A stretch of DNA of 64,000 nt from Bdellovibrionota bacterium. GTDB taxonomy: Bacteria > Bdellovibrionota > Bdellovibrionia > Bdellovibrionales > JAEYZS01. Location: assembly GCA_040386775.1 (NCBI GenBank), contig JAZKEU010000017.1, forward strand, positions 85,464 through 149,463, given 5' to 3'. This document shows positions 15,860 through 24,188 of this stretch, one piece after another; position 1 is the stretch's first letter, and each line of letters starts with the position of its first letter. Position numbers and translations under genes: made by a program. The notes below the pieces were generated by a model that had not been told where the DNA came from, searched no databases, and saw only the letters and a list, made by a program, of their open reading frames with translations.

Positions 15860-17638
15860 TTATTGAGCAACTGCGCTCAACATGATTGAAGGATTACTTG
15901 CGGCTCTTACCGCGGCAGCAGCATCAACAACTTTTCCAGAAGTCAGTTTGCTTCTTAGGGCAGCAGATGATCTTCCTGAGTTCATGATGATTGCTTTCAC
16001 TTGTTCAGCTGTCAGATCTGGGTTTACAGACTTCACTAACGCTGCGATACCAGTAACTACAGGAGAAGCCATCGACGTTCCAGGGTAAGCAATGTAACTG
16101 CTAAGATCAGTCTGAGCGTATGTTGACCATAATGGACGCTCTCTTGTTCCACCTGGAGCAGCGATATCTACTGTTTTCAAACCGTAGTTTGAGTACTCAG
16201 TGAGAGAATCAGCTTCATCTGTTGCAGCTACTGCCAAAACATTTGATCCATCTTTGGAAGTTAAGAAAGATTCCACAGCATCCGTATTTGTAGTTTCATT
16301 TCCTGATGCCGCTACGATGAGGATTCCTTTTTGTTGTGCTTTTTTGATAGCGGCAAGAACCATTGGGCTCGCTTTTCCTTCGCCACCTAAAGACATGTTG
16401 ATCACATCTACATCCTGTTTAACAGCGTAGTATATTGCTGATACGATGGATGCTAAAGACCCACTTCCACTTGGCAACATCGCTTTTACAGGAAGGATTT
16501 TTGCTTTCTTTGCAATTCCAGATACGGAAGAGGCTGCTAATCCCGCAACGTGAGTTCCGTGCGATTCATCATCATATGGATATTGATCACCGATTGCGAA
16601 ATCCCAACCGTAGACGTCATCAATAAATCCGTTTTTGTCGTCGTCAACGCCGTTTCCTGCCACTTCTTTTTCATTGATTTTGATATTTTCACTTAAATCA
16701 GGGTGATTGTAGTTCACGCCTGAATCGATGATGGCGATGGTGACGCCTTCACCTTGAGTTGTTTGCCAAGCTTCTTCACCATTTACTAGCGGAACATGAA
16801 AGTATTTTTGGGCATTGTATTGTCCTTTATTTCCAATTCCTCCGACGAATTTTTTGTTGTGAGTAGCTCCAACCATCACTCCCGCAAGATCGCAAGCTTT
16901 TGTACTTGTGTCTTGTGCGATAAGTGCCACGAAGTAACCGCCTGGGCGATCTGGATTTACAGAAATCTTTGAGCCAGTTGCTTCTGCAAGAGTTGTAGAT
17001 CCAGGAGGGGCTTCAACGACCCAACTCAATTTTATGCTGGAAGCTGCTGCTTCCGGTGCAGTAGCGAATGGATTTTTAAATAAACCTTTTAATGGGTTCC
17101 AAATGCTGGATCCTTCTTCTGAAGTTTGCTGAGCGGCTTGAGTGAGTGTACCTTCGCCTCGAAACTCTAGAGCTACGCTTCCAACTTCGACAGTGTTTTG
17201 TGCCACCAAGTTGACTTCATTCGTCAATTGTAGCTTTGCAGCTGGGCCACCCAATGGAAGAAGTTTGCAGTCTAATTTATACAAAGCTTCTTCGATAGAT
17301 GCTCTCTTTGAAAAAGTCTCTCTGTTGTTCACATCGAAACCAGGATCTTTCATATTAATGTAGATATCTTCTTCTGCGTATGCAGCTGGCATTCTTTCTT
17401 GAACATCAACTAGCTTTGCATCTTGAATTTGATAGATGTTGTCTTCGCGACTCACAATAGTCACTTTGTTTGCTGGAAACAAAGCTTGAACCTCTTCTTG
17501 TGATTTAGATTCTGTTTGAACAACTACGCCATTTGATTTTTTGTTGAAAGGTCTTTGAGCCTTCCCGCAACCAACCTGCGCACTTACTCCCATTACACTT
17601 AGCACTAATAAAAGTGCACGTCCCCCAGTAGTAGCCAT
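15860..17638 (-). CDS. S8 family (subtilisin-like) serine protease lipoprotein
   Basis: Catalytic triad motifs AIIDSGVNYNHPD, HGTHVAG and GTSMASP. Lipoprotein-type signal LSVMGVSAQVGC. Confidence 0.9.
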   Translation of the reverse strand: MATTGGRALLLVLSVMGVSAQVGCGKAQRPFNKKSNGVVVQTESKSQEEVQALFPANKVTIVSREDNIYQIQDAKLVDVQERMPAAYAEEDIYINMKDPGFDVNNRETFSKRASIEEALYKLDCKLLPLGGPAAKLQLTNEVNLVAQNTVEVGSVALEFRGEGTLTQAAQQTSEEGSSIWNPLKGLFKNPFATAPEAAASSIKLSWVVEAPPGSTTLAEATGSKISVNPDRPGGYFVALIAQDTSTKACDLAGVMVGATHNKKFVGGIGNKGQYNAQKYFHVPLVNGEEAWQTTQGEGVTIAIIDSGVNYNHPDLSENIKINEKEVAGNGVDDDKNGFIDDVYGWDFAIGDQYPYDDESHGTHVAGLAASSVSGIAKKAKILPVKAMLPSGSGSLASIVSAIYYAVKQDVDVINMSLGGEGKASPMVLAAIKKAQQKGILIVAASGNETTNTDAVESFLTSKDGSNVLAVAATDEADSLTEYSNYGLKTVDIAAPGGTRERPLWSTYAQTDLSSYIAYPGTSMASPVVTGIAALVKSVNPDLTAEQVKAIIMNSGRSSAALRSKLTSGKVVDAAAAVRAASNPSIMLSAVAQ

Positions 17639-17810
17639 TTTTCCCCCCTGCTAACTCGACCCTTGCCTAGACACCCCCGTGTCTTCGTCCGGTTAACCTC
17701 CCTCAAGGTTCACTGGACTTATCGCTTTGTCGTTTGGCTCATGACTTCGTGAGCTGTTTCGACTCCGCTGTAGGCTGGACTTACGTCCGGTCTCGCTTCC
17801 TAATTCAAAG
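17639..17810 (-). promoter_or_regulatory. Long GC-rich structured 5' leader of the S8 protease gene (unclassified cis-regulatory RNA candidate)
   Basis: About 56% G+C by hand count over 17641-17800, against a very AT-rich flank. Hairpins include GGAC-GUAA-GUCC and GACAC-GGGG-GUGUC. The complementary motifs CCGGACG and UAAGUCCAG are each duplicated. Confidence 0.4.
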
Positions 17811-17833
17811 TTTTTAGTAGCTAAAAGTAGTTA

Positions 17834-17844
17834 TTACAATGTAA
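17834..17844. promoter_or_regulatory. TTACA-A-TGTAA palindrome in the LysR/protease divergent promoter (candidate LysR box)
   Basis: Perfect 11-bp palindrome inside ATTACAATGTAAT (T-N11-A-like). It lies between the protease leader and the LysR start. Confidence 0.35.
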
Positions 17845-17913
17845 ATTTTTTTCGGTGAACTATAAGCAAATCTTATGTTAGAAAGGCTTACCTCAGAAAA
17901 TTGGAAGGTTAGA

Positions 17914-18807
17914 ATGAATTTTCAGCACTTAATCACGTTTTGTACTGTTCTAATGGAAAAAAGTATGACCGCTGCGGCGCAGAAACTATTTCTTACTCAG
18001 CCCGCTGTAAGCCAACAAATTCGACAACTCGAAGAATACTTGGGAGTTGAACTTTTAGTTCGTGGTGTAAGACAAATTCAATCCAGTCCACAAGGACATT
18101 TGCTCTTCGAATATGCACAAAAAATCATTCGTCTCTCGAAGGAAGCTGAAGTTGCAATTCAAACTATGGGCGGTGAAGTTACGGGGCCATTGAGAGTTGC
18201 AACATTGAACTCACTTGGTCTTCATTTATTGGGCCCAGTGTTCGCTCTATTTTTAAAAAATAATAAGAATGTAAAATTGCATCTCGAGTACGCTAAAGGC
18301 CAAGATCTCATCAACGGCGTGGTGAAGGGTGATTTTGATATTATCCTACTTCCAGACGCGGAAAAAGAGTATGGCGAAGATCCAAAAGATTGTAAGAAAA
18401 TAAAAATTTCTTATGACGAGATGTGGTTAGTAGTTTCTTCAAGAGCAGAAGTTCCGGCACAAATTAAGCTCAAAGATATCATGGCTCATCCGTTTGTAAG
18501 CATCATTGGAGAGTACCCAGGATTTGAATCATTACTCAGTAAATCTTTAAGAAAAGAAGATCAAAAGATCACTTCAGTGTTTGAGTCTTCAAACGTTGGA
18601 ACACTTAAGAGAATCATCGAAGCAGGTCTTGGTTGGGGATTTTTGCCTTCTCACAGTATCAAAAAGCAAATTGAGGCGGGAAGACTCAAAAGAATCCAAA
18701 TTCAAGATTTTGAATACACAATGGATTTGTGCTGTTACGTGAACAAAACTAGAAGTCAGCTCAAGTCTACAGAAGTATTCTTAAAAGCTTTGGAACAGCA
18801 ACGTTAG
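17914..18807 (+). CDS. LysR family transcriptional regulator
   Basis: The N-terminal HTH MTAAAQKLFLTQPAVSQQIRQLEEYLGVELL begins 14 aa after the M at 17914 (GGAAGG 5 nt upstream). LysR substrate-binding domain length. The track ORF starts at 17875. Confidence 0.9.
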   Translation: MNFQHLITFCTVLMEKSMTAAAQKLFLTQPAVSQQIRQLEEYLGVELLVRGVRQIQSSPQGHLLFEYAQKIIRLSKEAEVAIQTMGGEVTGPLRVATLNSLGLHLLGPVFALFLKNNKNVKLHLEYAKGQDLINGVVKGDFDIILLPDAEKEYGEDPKDCKKIKISYDEMWLVVSSRAEVPAQIKLKDIMAHPFVSIIGEYPGFESLLSKSLRKEDQKITSVFESSNVGTLKRIIEAGLGWGFLPSHSIKKQIEAGRLKRIQIQDFEYTMDLCCYVNKTRSQLKSTEVFLKALEQQR

Positions 18808-18830
18808 ACTAATTCTTCTGCTTAACTTTT

Positions 18831-19664
18831 CTAAAATATTTCTTCTTTGACCCCGAAGCGTTTAGAAATAATTTTGATTATCTCTGAAGCGGTTTCTTCT
18901 AAAGCTCTCGATGTAACATCGAAGACGGGCCATTTTTTATTTTTCTTATAGAGTTCATCTGCAAATTGGATTTCGTCTAAAACGTGTTGCAGGCTTGCGT
19001 AATCAGAATTTCCGTCTCCAAGTTTTGAAAGGCGATTTGCTCTAATCAAGGAAAGTTTATCAGGATCAATCGTAAGGGCGATAACTTTTCGTTGGTCGGC
19101 CTCAAAAATTTCTTTGGGTGGAGGCACATTCACTACAAGAGGAACATTTGCTACCTTCCAACCTTTGTGGCTTAAGAAAATCGAAAGTGGGGTTTTACTA
19201 GTTCTGCTGATTCCCACCAGAATGATTTCGGCGTTTTCTAAATCTCTTAACTCTTTTCCATCATCGTGCTTTACTGTGAATTCGATTGCATCGATTCTTT
19301 TAAAATATTTTTCATCGACAGCTCTCAAGATACCAGCCTGCATGGGTTTATGAATATCAAAGTAATTGTCCAAGCCGCCAAGAAGGGGGCCGAGTAAATC
19401 CACATGAGGAATATTTTGAGCTATAGCTTGCTTTTGAATTTCGGTTCTTAGATCTTGTGAAACCACAGTATAAACAATAAAGCCTTGATTTGCTATAGCT
19501 TCATCGATGATTGATTTGACTTGGTCTGGAGCCCTTACATTTTTGAAGCGCACTAAGCTTGCATCAACGCCCTTGTACTGAACGAGAGCGGCCTTGGTCA
19601 TCAGCGATGCGGTCTCACCTGTACCATCTGAAATGATATATATGATGCTTTTAGAAGTTCTCAT
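18831..19664 (-). CDS. Pyruvate,phosphate dikinase / PEP synthase regulatory protein (DUF299 kinase-pyrophosphorylase)
   Basis: IYIISDGTGETA N-terminus and P-loop-like VGISRTSKTPLS. 277 aa. Confidence 0.88.
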   Translation of the reverse strand: MRTSKSIIYIISDGTGETASLMTKAALVQYKGVDASLVRFKNVRAPDQVKSIIDEAIANQGFIVYTVVSQDLRTEIQKQAIAQNIPHVDLLGPLLGGLDNYFDIHKPMQAGILRAVDEKYFKRIDAIEFTVKHDDGKELRDLENAEIILVGISRTSKTPLSIFLSHKGWKVANVPLVVNVPPPKEIFEADQRKVIALTIDPDKLSLIRANRLSKLGDGNSDYASLQHVLDEIQFADELYKKNKKWPVFDVTSRALEETASEIIKIISKRFGVKEEIF

Positions 19665-20143
19665 GTGTGAGTGGGACTCACGTCTTCAACGACCGTCACT
19701 TGTAGTTCTTCAAAATCATCCTTCATTATTTTCATAAACTGATTCACATCAACACCTTTTGGTAAAAAAATCCGCGCTGTGCGAGGTTTCAGTTGTTTTA
19801 AGCCCAACATAATCTGATCTGTCCATGATTTGATATCTTGAAAATTTCTGATCATTACTGTCGAAGTGTTTGGAAGATAGTTTTGTGTAGAAAGAAGAGT
19901 CTGTTCATATTGAGTTTTAAGATTGATATCGAAATGAATGTCTTCCTCAGTTAAAATTCCTTTGAGAGTTCCAGAAAGATCTCTTCTTGTTTTCTGATTG
20001 CACCGGTCGTTGCTAAGTGCGATCAGAAAATTGATATGCCAATCTAGAAATCTAGTCCAACCGCTGATATTTTTTTCTGGAATAAACCAAACCTGTGAGC
20101 CTGACTTAAGAGCATGAAATGGATGAAGTTTTTCGATCGCCAT
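19661..20143 (-). CDS. Hypothetical protein
   Basis: 160-aa ORF whose 3' end overlaps the start of the downstream regulatory-protein gene (18831-19664) by 4 nt. No family recognised. Confidence 0.5.
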   Translation of the reverse strand: MAIEKLHPFHALKSGSQVWFIPEKNISGWTRFLDWHINFLIALSNDRCNQKTRRDLSGTLKGILTEEDIHFDINLKTQYEQTLLSTQNYLPNTSTVMIRNFQDIKSWTDQIMLGLKQLKPRTARIFLPKGVDVNQFMKIMKDDFEELQVTVVEDVSPTHT

Positions 20144-20248
20144 AACTAAAAGGTACCCTGCACCTTTTTGTGTCGCAAGTGCATAAATTAAAATTTAACG
20201 CATGAGCGATACGGAAAGGTGCACATGGAAAGACTACCAGGGCCTTTT

Positions 20249-20656
20249 TTAGAGAGATTTTGAGATTTGATCTAATATGCCGTTGATGAAGTGGCTTGAG
20301 TCCTCTGATCCAAACTTTTTGGCGATCTCGATGGCTTCGTTAATGGATGCGTTTTTAGGCACCTCGTCTTGAAGGTGAGTCATTTCAAAGATACTAAGTC
20401 TAATGATGTTTCTGTCCACATGAGACATTCTTGAAATTTTCCAGTTGATGGAAAATTTTTGAATTGTTTCATCGATTTGATTTTGATGTTCTTTGATTCC
20501 ATTAATTAGCTTTTCAGAATAGTCCATTGAAAGTTGATCATTTTTAAAATGATCTTCGTACTGTCTCAATCCTTGAACTGGGGTCAGAGCTGTATCGAAT
20601 TCCATTTGATATAGAACTTGAAGTGCAATTTCTCTCGAGACTCTTCTGTTTTTCAT
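20249..20656 (-). CDS. nusB: Transcription antitermination factor NusB
   Basis: 135 aa. RRVSREIALQVLYQMEF N-terminus and EAIEIAKKFGSEDSSHFINGILD C-terminal pattern. Confidence 0.9.
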   Translation of the reverse strand: MKNRRVSREIALQVLYQMEFDTALTPVQGLRQYEDHFKNDQLSMDYSEKLINGIKEHQNQIDETIQKFSINWKISRMSHVDRNIIRLSIFEMTHLQDEVPKNASINEAIEIAKKFGSEDSSHFINGILDQISKSL

Positions 20657-21144
20657 GACTCTTCTTTAGTTAGAAAGTTAGAATTGGAAATATCGTCATC
20701 TTGCTTTGGGGCAAGAGTGTTGACGAACTCATTTACATCTGTGAACGTTCTGTAAACGCTGGCAAAGCGAATATAAGCTACGTCGTCGATATTTTTAAGC
20801 TCATCCATGATATGTTGTCCAATCATTTGTGAAGAGACTTCTTTTTCTGGAAGTTCTAGAGCCCATTGACTAATTTTTTCAACAATTTGATCGATATGCG
20901 CGAGGGGCACAGGTCGTTTTTGGCAAGCCATCTGCACCCCGTTTGAAATTTTCGTTTTAATGAAAGACTCTTTTCTGCCATCTTTTTTTACTACGTTTGG
21001 ATAATTGAGGATGAGAGACTCTTGTGTGGTAAAACGATGTTTGCATTCCAAGCACTCACGACGTCTTTTGATGAGTTCGCCTTCTTTTTGGATTCTAGTG
21101 TCAAGGACACGATCTTCTTGGTGATGACAAACTGGACAACGCAT
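20653..21144 (-). CDS. nrdR: Transcriptional repressor NrdR
   Basis: MRCPVCHHQEDRVLDTR ... CLECKHRFTT zinc ribbon followed by an ATP-cone. 4-nt overlap with nusB. Confidence 0.92.
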   Translation of the reverse strand: MRCPVCHHQEDRVLDTRIQKEGELIKRRRECLECKHRFTTQESLILNYPNVVKKDGRKESFIKTKISNGVQMACQKRPVPLAHIDQIVEKISQWALELPEKEVSSQMIGQHIMDELKNIDDVAYIRFASVYRTFTDVNEFVNTLAPKQDDDISNSNFLTKEES

Positions 21145-21292
21145 ATCAAAATCCTTTAGGCTAAACCCTCTTAATTGGATGCCAAATCTCTACGTTACTT
21201 GAATCTATGTCAAGATTGATTTTAGGTTTGCAAAAATCCTCTAAAACGTTAATGATAGGTATGTCATCAACAGGCCAAATTAGGATAACCAA

Positions 21293-21988
21293 ATGAAATT
21301 TTTAGTTTATATTCTGACTTTAAGCTTATCTATTCCATTGCTTGCTCAAAAAGTAGAGCTCAGTGATGATCCGCAAACCGTTGAAGTGACTGAGGAACCA
21401 ACCTACAGAAACAATCCAGACAAAGAGCAGCCGACAGGTAAAGGTGCTGCTCAGAAATTTTTCAACAAAAATAAATCAGAATCTTCTTCGTCAACATCTT
21501 CAGGTGCGGAAGATCATTACTTAATGTTCGGTTTGGGTTCTTTTGTAAACAGCAAATCCTATAAGTGGGGTCCGAAAAGTCGCGATGACGATCCAGGAGA
21601 ATTCAATGCAGGAGTGACTTACCGTTTTGGTGAGTGGGTTAACTCTATGGATTTTATGCTTCGTGTGGAATATCAAACCTATGATGTTGAGGCGAGCACA
21701 GACCCTAAAAAATTCAGTATTGTTCCTATGCTTATTTTCCCCGATGCAAGAAGTGGTTTTCCAGTTTACTTCGGTGCCGGTGTAGGGATTGGTGTTTTTG
21801 TTGATCAACCAGATGATGAATCAAGTTTGTCTTTAGACTATCAAATTGTTCTAGGCGGTAGAATTCTTGATGTGTTCAACTCAGTAGGATTTTTTGCGGA
21901 AACTGGAATTAAAAATCATGTTCACCTCCTTAGCAGCGGTCAGTTTGACGGTGTATTCTTCACTGTCGGATCTGTATTTACATTCTAA
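21293..21988 (+). CDS. Putative outer-membrane beta-barrel protein
   Basis: Signal peptide, alternating beta-strand pattern, and a C-terminal aromatic signature ending VFTF. Confidence 0.55.
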   Translation: MKFLVYILTLSLSIPLLAQKVELSDDPQTVEVTEEPTYRNNPDKEQPTGKGAAQKFFNKNKSESSSSTSSGAEDHYLMFGLGSFVNSKSYKWGPKSRDDDPGEFNAGVTYRFGEWVNSMDFMLRVEYQTYDVEASTDPKKFSIVPMLIFPDARSGFPVYFGAGVGIGVFVDQPDDESSLSLDYQIVLGGRILDVFNSVGFFAETGIKNHVHLLSSGQFDGVFFTVGSVFTF

Positions 21989-23199
21989 TGAAAATTCATA
22001 AACATATTCTTCTTGATGTTTTAGATTCTCTGGAAATTATTTTTGGAGAGCAGAAGCATGCGGATAAAGTCATTGAAAAAGCTCTGAAGTCTCACAACAA
22101 ATGGGGTGGGCGAGATCGAAAATTTTTTGCTGAGAGTGTTTATGAGATCGTAAGAAACTGGCGTTATCTTTGGTTCTTACTAAATAAAGATGTAAGCCTT
22201 CACCGAGAAGATCTTTTTGAGATCTTTGGTGTATGGTGGTTTGTTCAACATCGAGATATCCTAACTTATCCGGAACTTGCAGAGCTGAAGGCTTCTAAAC
22301 TTTTAGAGCGCATAGAAAAAGCTAAAAAGCTTCCAGCCATCGAACAGTCATTTCAAGATTGGACGTATGAGAGACTGCAAAAAGAATTGGGTGACGAAAC
22401 TCCTGACCTTATGAAAGCACTCAATCAAAAAGCTGAAGTGGTTCTGCGAGTGAATTTACTAAAAACTAATCTCTTAGCGCTTCAAGAAAGACTCTTGGCT
22501 GACGGAATAGAAACCGAAGTCTTAGGTGCTGATTATCCGGATGGAATTGCATTAAAAATTAGAAAAAATGTTTTCATCACTGGCGCTTTCAAAGAAGGTC
22601 ACTTTGAAATGCAAGATGGATCTTCGCAAAAAGTAGCGCACTTTATGAAAATTGAACCCGGCATGAGGATCATCGACGCCTGCGCGGGAGCGGGTGGTAA
22701 AACGCTTCATATTGCCTCGCTAATGAAAAATAAAGGCAAGATCATCGCTATGGACATAGAGGATTTTAAGCTCACAGAAATGAAAAGACGCTTAAGACGT
22801 GCGGGTGTAGATATTGCCGAAACAAAACTCATTGATTCCACAAAAGTGATTAAAAGACTGGAGGGTACGGCAGACCGTGTGCTTCTGGATGTTCCATGTT
22901 CTGGTCTTGGAGTTCTTAGAAGAAACCCTGATACAAAATGGAAAATCACCGTAGATAGATTGGAAGAGTTGAGAGAAATTCAAAAAGAAATTTTAAAGGA
23001 TTATTCAAAGATGGTAAAAAAAGGTGGCTATTTGATTTATGCCACGTGCAGTCTTCTTCCTTCTGAAAATCGCGAACAAGTGGATTGGTTCTTAGAGCAA
23101 AATCCTGGGCACTGGGAATTAGAAGAAGATCTTAAATTATTCCCCAACAAAGATCGCTTCGATGGATTCTATGTTTCTAGAATGAAGCGTTTAAGCTAA
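21988..23199 (+). CDS. RsmB/RsmF-like rRNA cytosine-C5 methyltransferase (NOL1/NOP2/Sun family)
   Basis: NusB-like N-domain, SAM motif IIDACAGAGGKT, and catalytic cysteines in LDVPCSGLGVLRRNPD and YATCSL. Confidence 0.85.
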   Translation: MKIHKHILLDVLDSLEIIFGEQKHADKVIEKALKSHNKWGGRDRKFFAESVYEIVRNWRYLWFLLNKDVSLHREDLFEIFGVWWFVQHRDILTYPELAELKASKLLERIEKAKKLPAIEQSFQDWTYERLQKELGDETPDLMKALNQKAEVVLRVNLLKTNLLALQERLLADGIETEVLGADYPDGIALKIRKNVFITGAFKEGHFEMQDGSSQKVAHFMKIEPGMRIIDACAGAGGKTLHIASLMKNKGKIIAMDIEDFKLTEMKRRLRRAGVDIAETKLIDSTKVIKRLEGTADRVLLDVPCSGLGVLRRNPDTKWKITVDRLEELREIQKEILKDYSKMVKKGGYLIYATCSLLPSENREQVDWFLEQNPGHWELEEDLKLFPNKDRFDGFYVSRMKRLS

Positions 23200-23200
23200 A

Positions 23201-24139
23201 ATGAAAAACGATCGTATTGAAAAATTCTTGCAGGTTGATGGAATGATTAGGGCATCAGCTATTATCGCAACAGATGTTGTAGAGGAAATGCGTACCACTC
23301 TCAATTCCTACGAGCTTGCGACTATTACCTTGGGAAGATCTATGATCGGAGCGCTTCTTATGGCTTCGCATCTTAAAAAAGGTGAAAACGTAGGTGTTTA
23401 CTTTCGTGGAAATGGTCCTTTAGGAGCTATTTTTGCAGAAGGTGATCACACCGGCGCAACAAGAGCCTATACTCCATTTCCTCACGCTGAACTTCCATTA
23501 AAAGATAACAGGCCAGATATTGGTAGCGGAATTGGTATTGGAATTATGGAAGTGGTGAGAAGTTCTGCTTACAACAATGCTTTAAGTCGAGGTGCCGTGG
23601 AAATCAGAACCGGCCAAGTCGGAGACGATATAGCTTACTATCTTTTTCAGAGTCATCAGATTCCATCTGTCGTTGCGCTTTCAGTAGAGCTTCATCCTGA
23701 TGGCCGAGTGAGGTCAGCAGGTGGAGTTTTGATTGAGCTTATGCCGGGTGCCGATGAAGATATCATTGGAAAAATTGAAAAGAAAGTGATTGAGAACAAC
23801 AAGCAAGGTGTAAACCTTGGAGATATGATTGCTTCTGGTGCAACTCCTGCGCAATTGGTCAATCAATTCTTAAGTGACTTTAAAATCGTGCAAATTGCTC
23901 ATAAAGCAGAGGTAAAATATCAATGCCGTTGCTCGCTCGATAGAGTGAAGCGTGCGTTGATGCTTCTTGGACATCAAGAGCTGGATGAGCTTATAAATGA
24001 CTCTAAAGGAGACTCTCAAGGAAAAGATGCAAAAGGTTCTCATGATATCAATTGTGACTTTTGTGGACGCAAGTACACCTTGACCATAGGCGAGATTCAG
24101 GAAATCCGAGACAAGGCTTTCAAAAATTCATTAAACTAA
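23201..24139 (+). CDS. hslO: Redox-regulated chaperone Hsp33
   Basis: Hsp33 length and the C-terminal zinc centre YQCRCS ... NCDFCGRKY. Confidence 0.9.
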   Translation: MKNDRIEKFLQVDGMIRASAIIATDVVEEMRTTLNSYELATITLGRSMIGALLMASHLKKGENVGVYFRGNGPLGAIFAEGDHTGATRAYTPFPHAELPLKDNRPDIGSGIGIGIMEVVRSSAYNNALSRGAVEIRTGQVGDDIAYYLFQSHQIPSVVALSVELHPDGRVRSAGGVLIELMPGADEDIIGKIEKKVIENNKQGVNLGDMIASGATPAQLVNQFLSDFKIVQIAHKAEVKYQCRCSLDRVKRALMLLGHQELDELINDSKGDSQGKDAKGSHDINCDFCGRKYTLTIGEIQEIRDKAFKNSLN

Positions 24140-24188
24140 TCACCTCATTCACTGTTAAAATTTATCTTACATCGTAAGAGAGATAACA

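Noticed and set aside
17639-17810. c-di-GMP-I (GEMM-I) riboswitch assignment for the protease leader, prompted by ACGACAAAGC resembling the conserved ACGCAAAGC and by a GNRA hairpin
   Set aside because: I could not find the other conserved GEMM-I elements (the GGGCAAACC-type 5' strand, the tetraloop-receptor helix, the GGUAGC ... UUAC segment). It is kept as an unclassified leader only.
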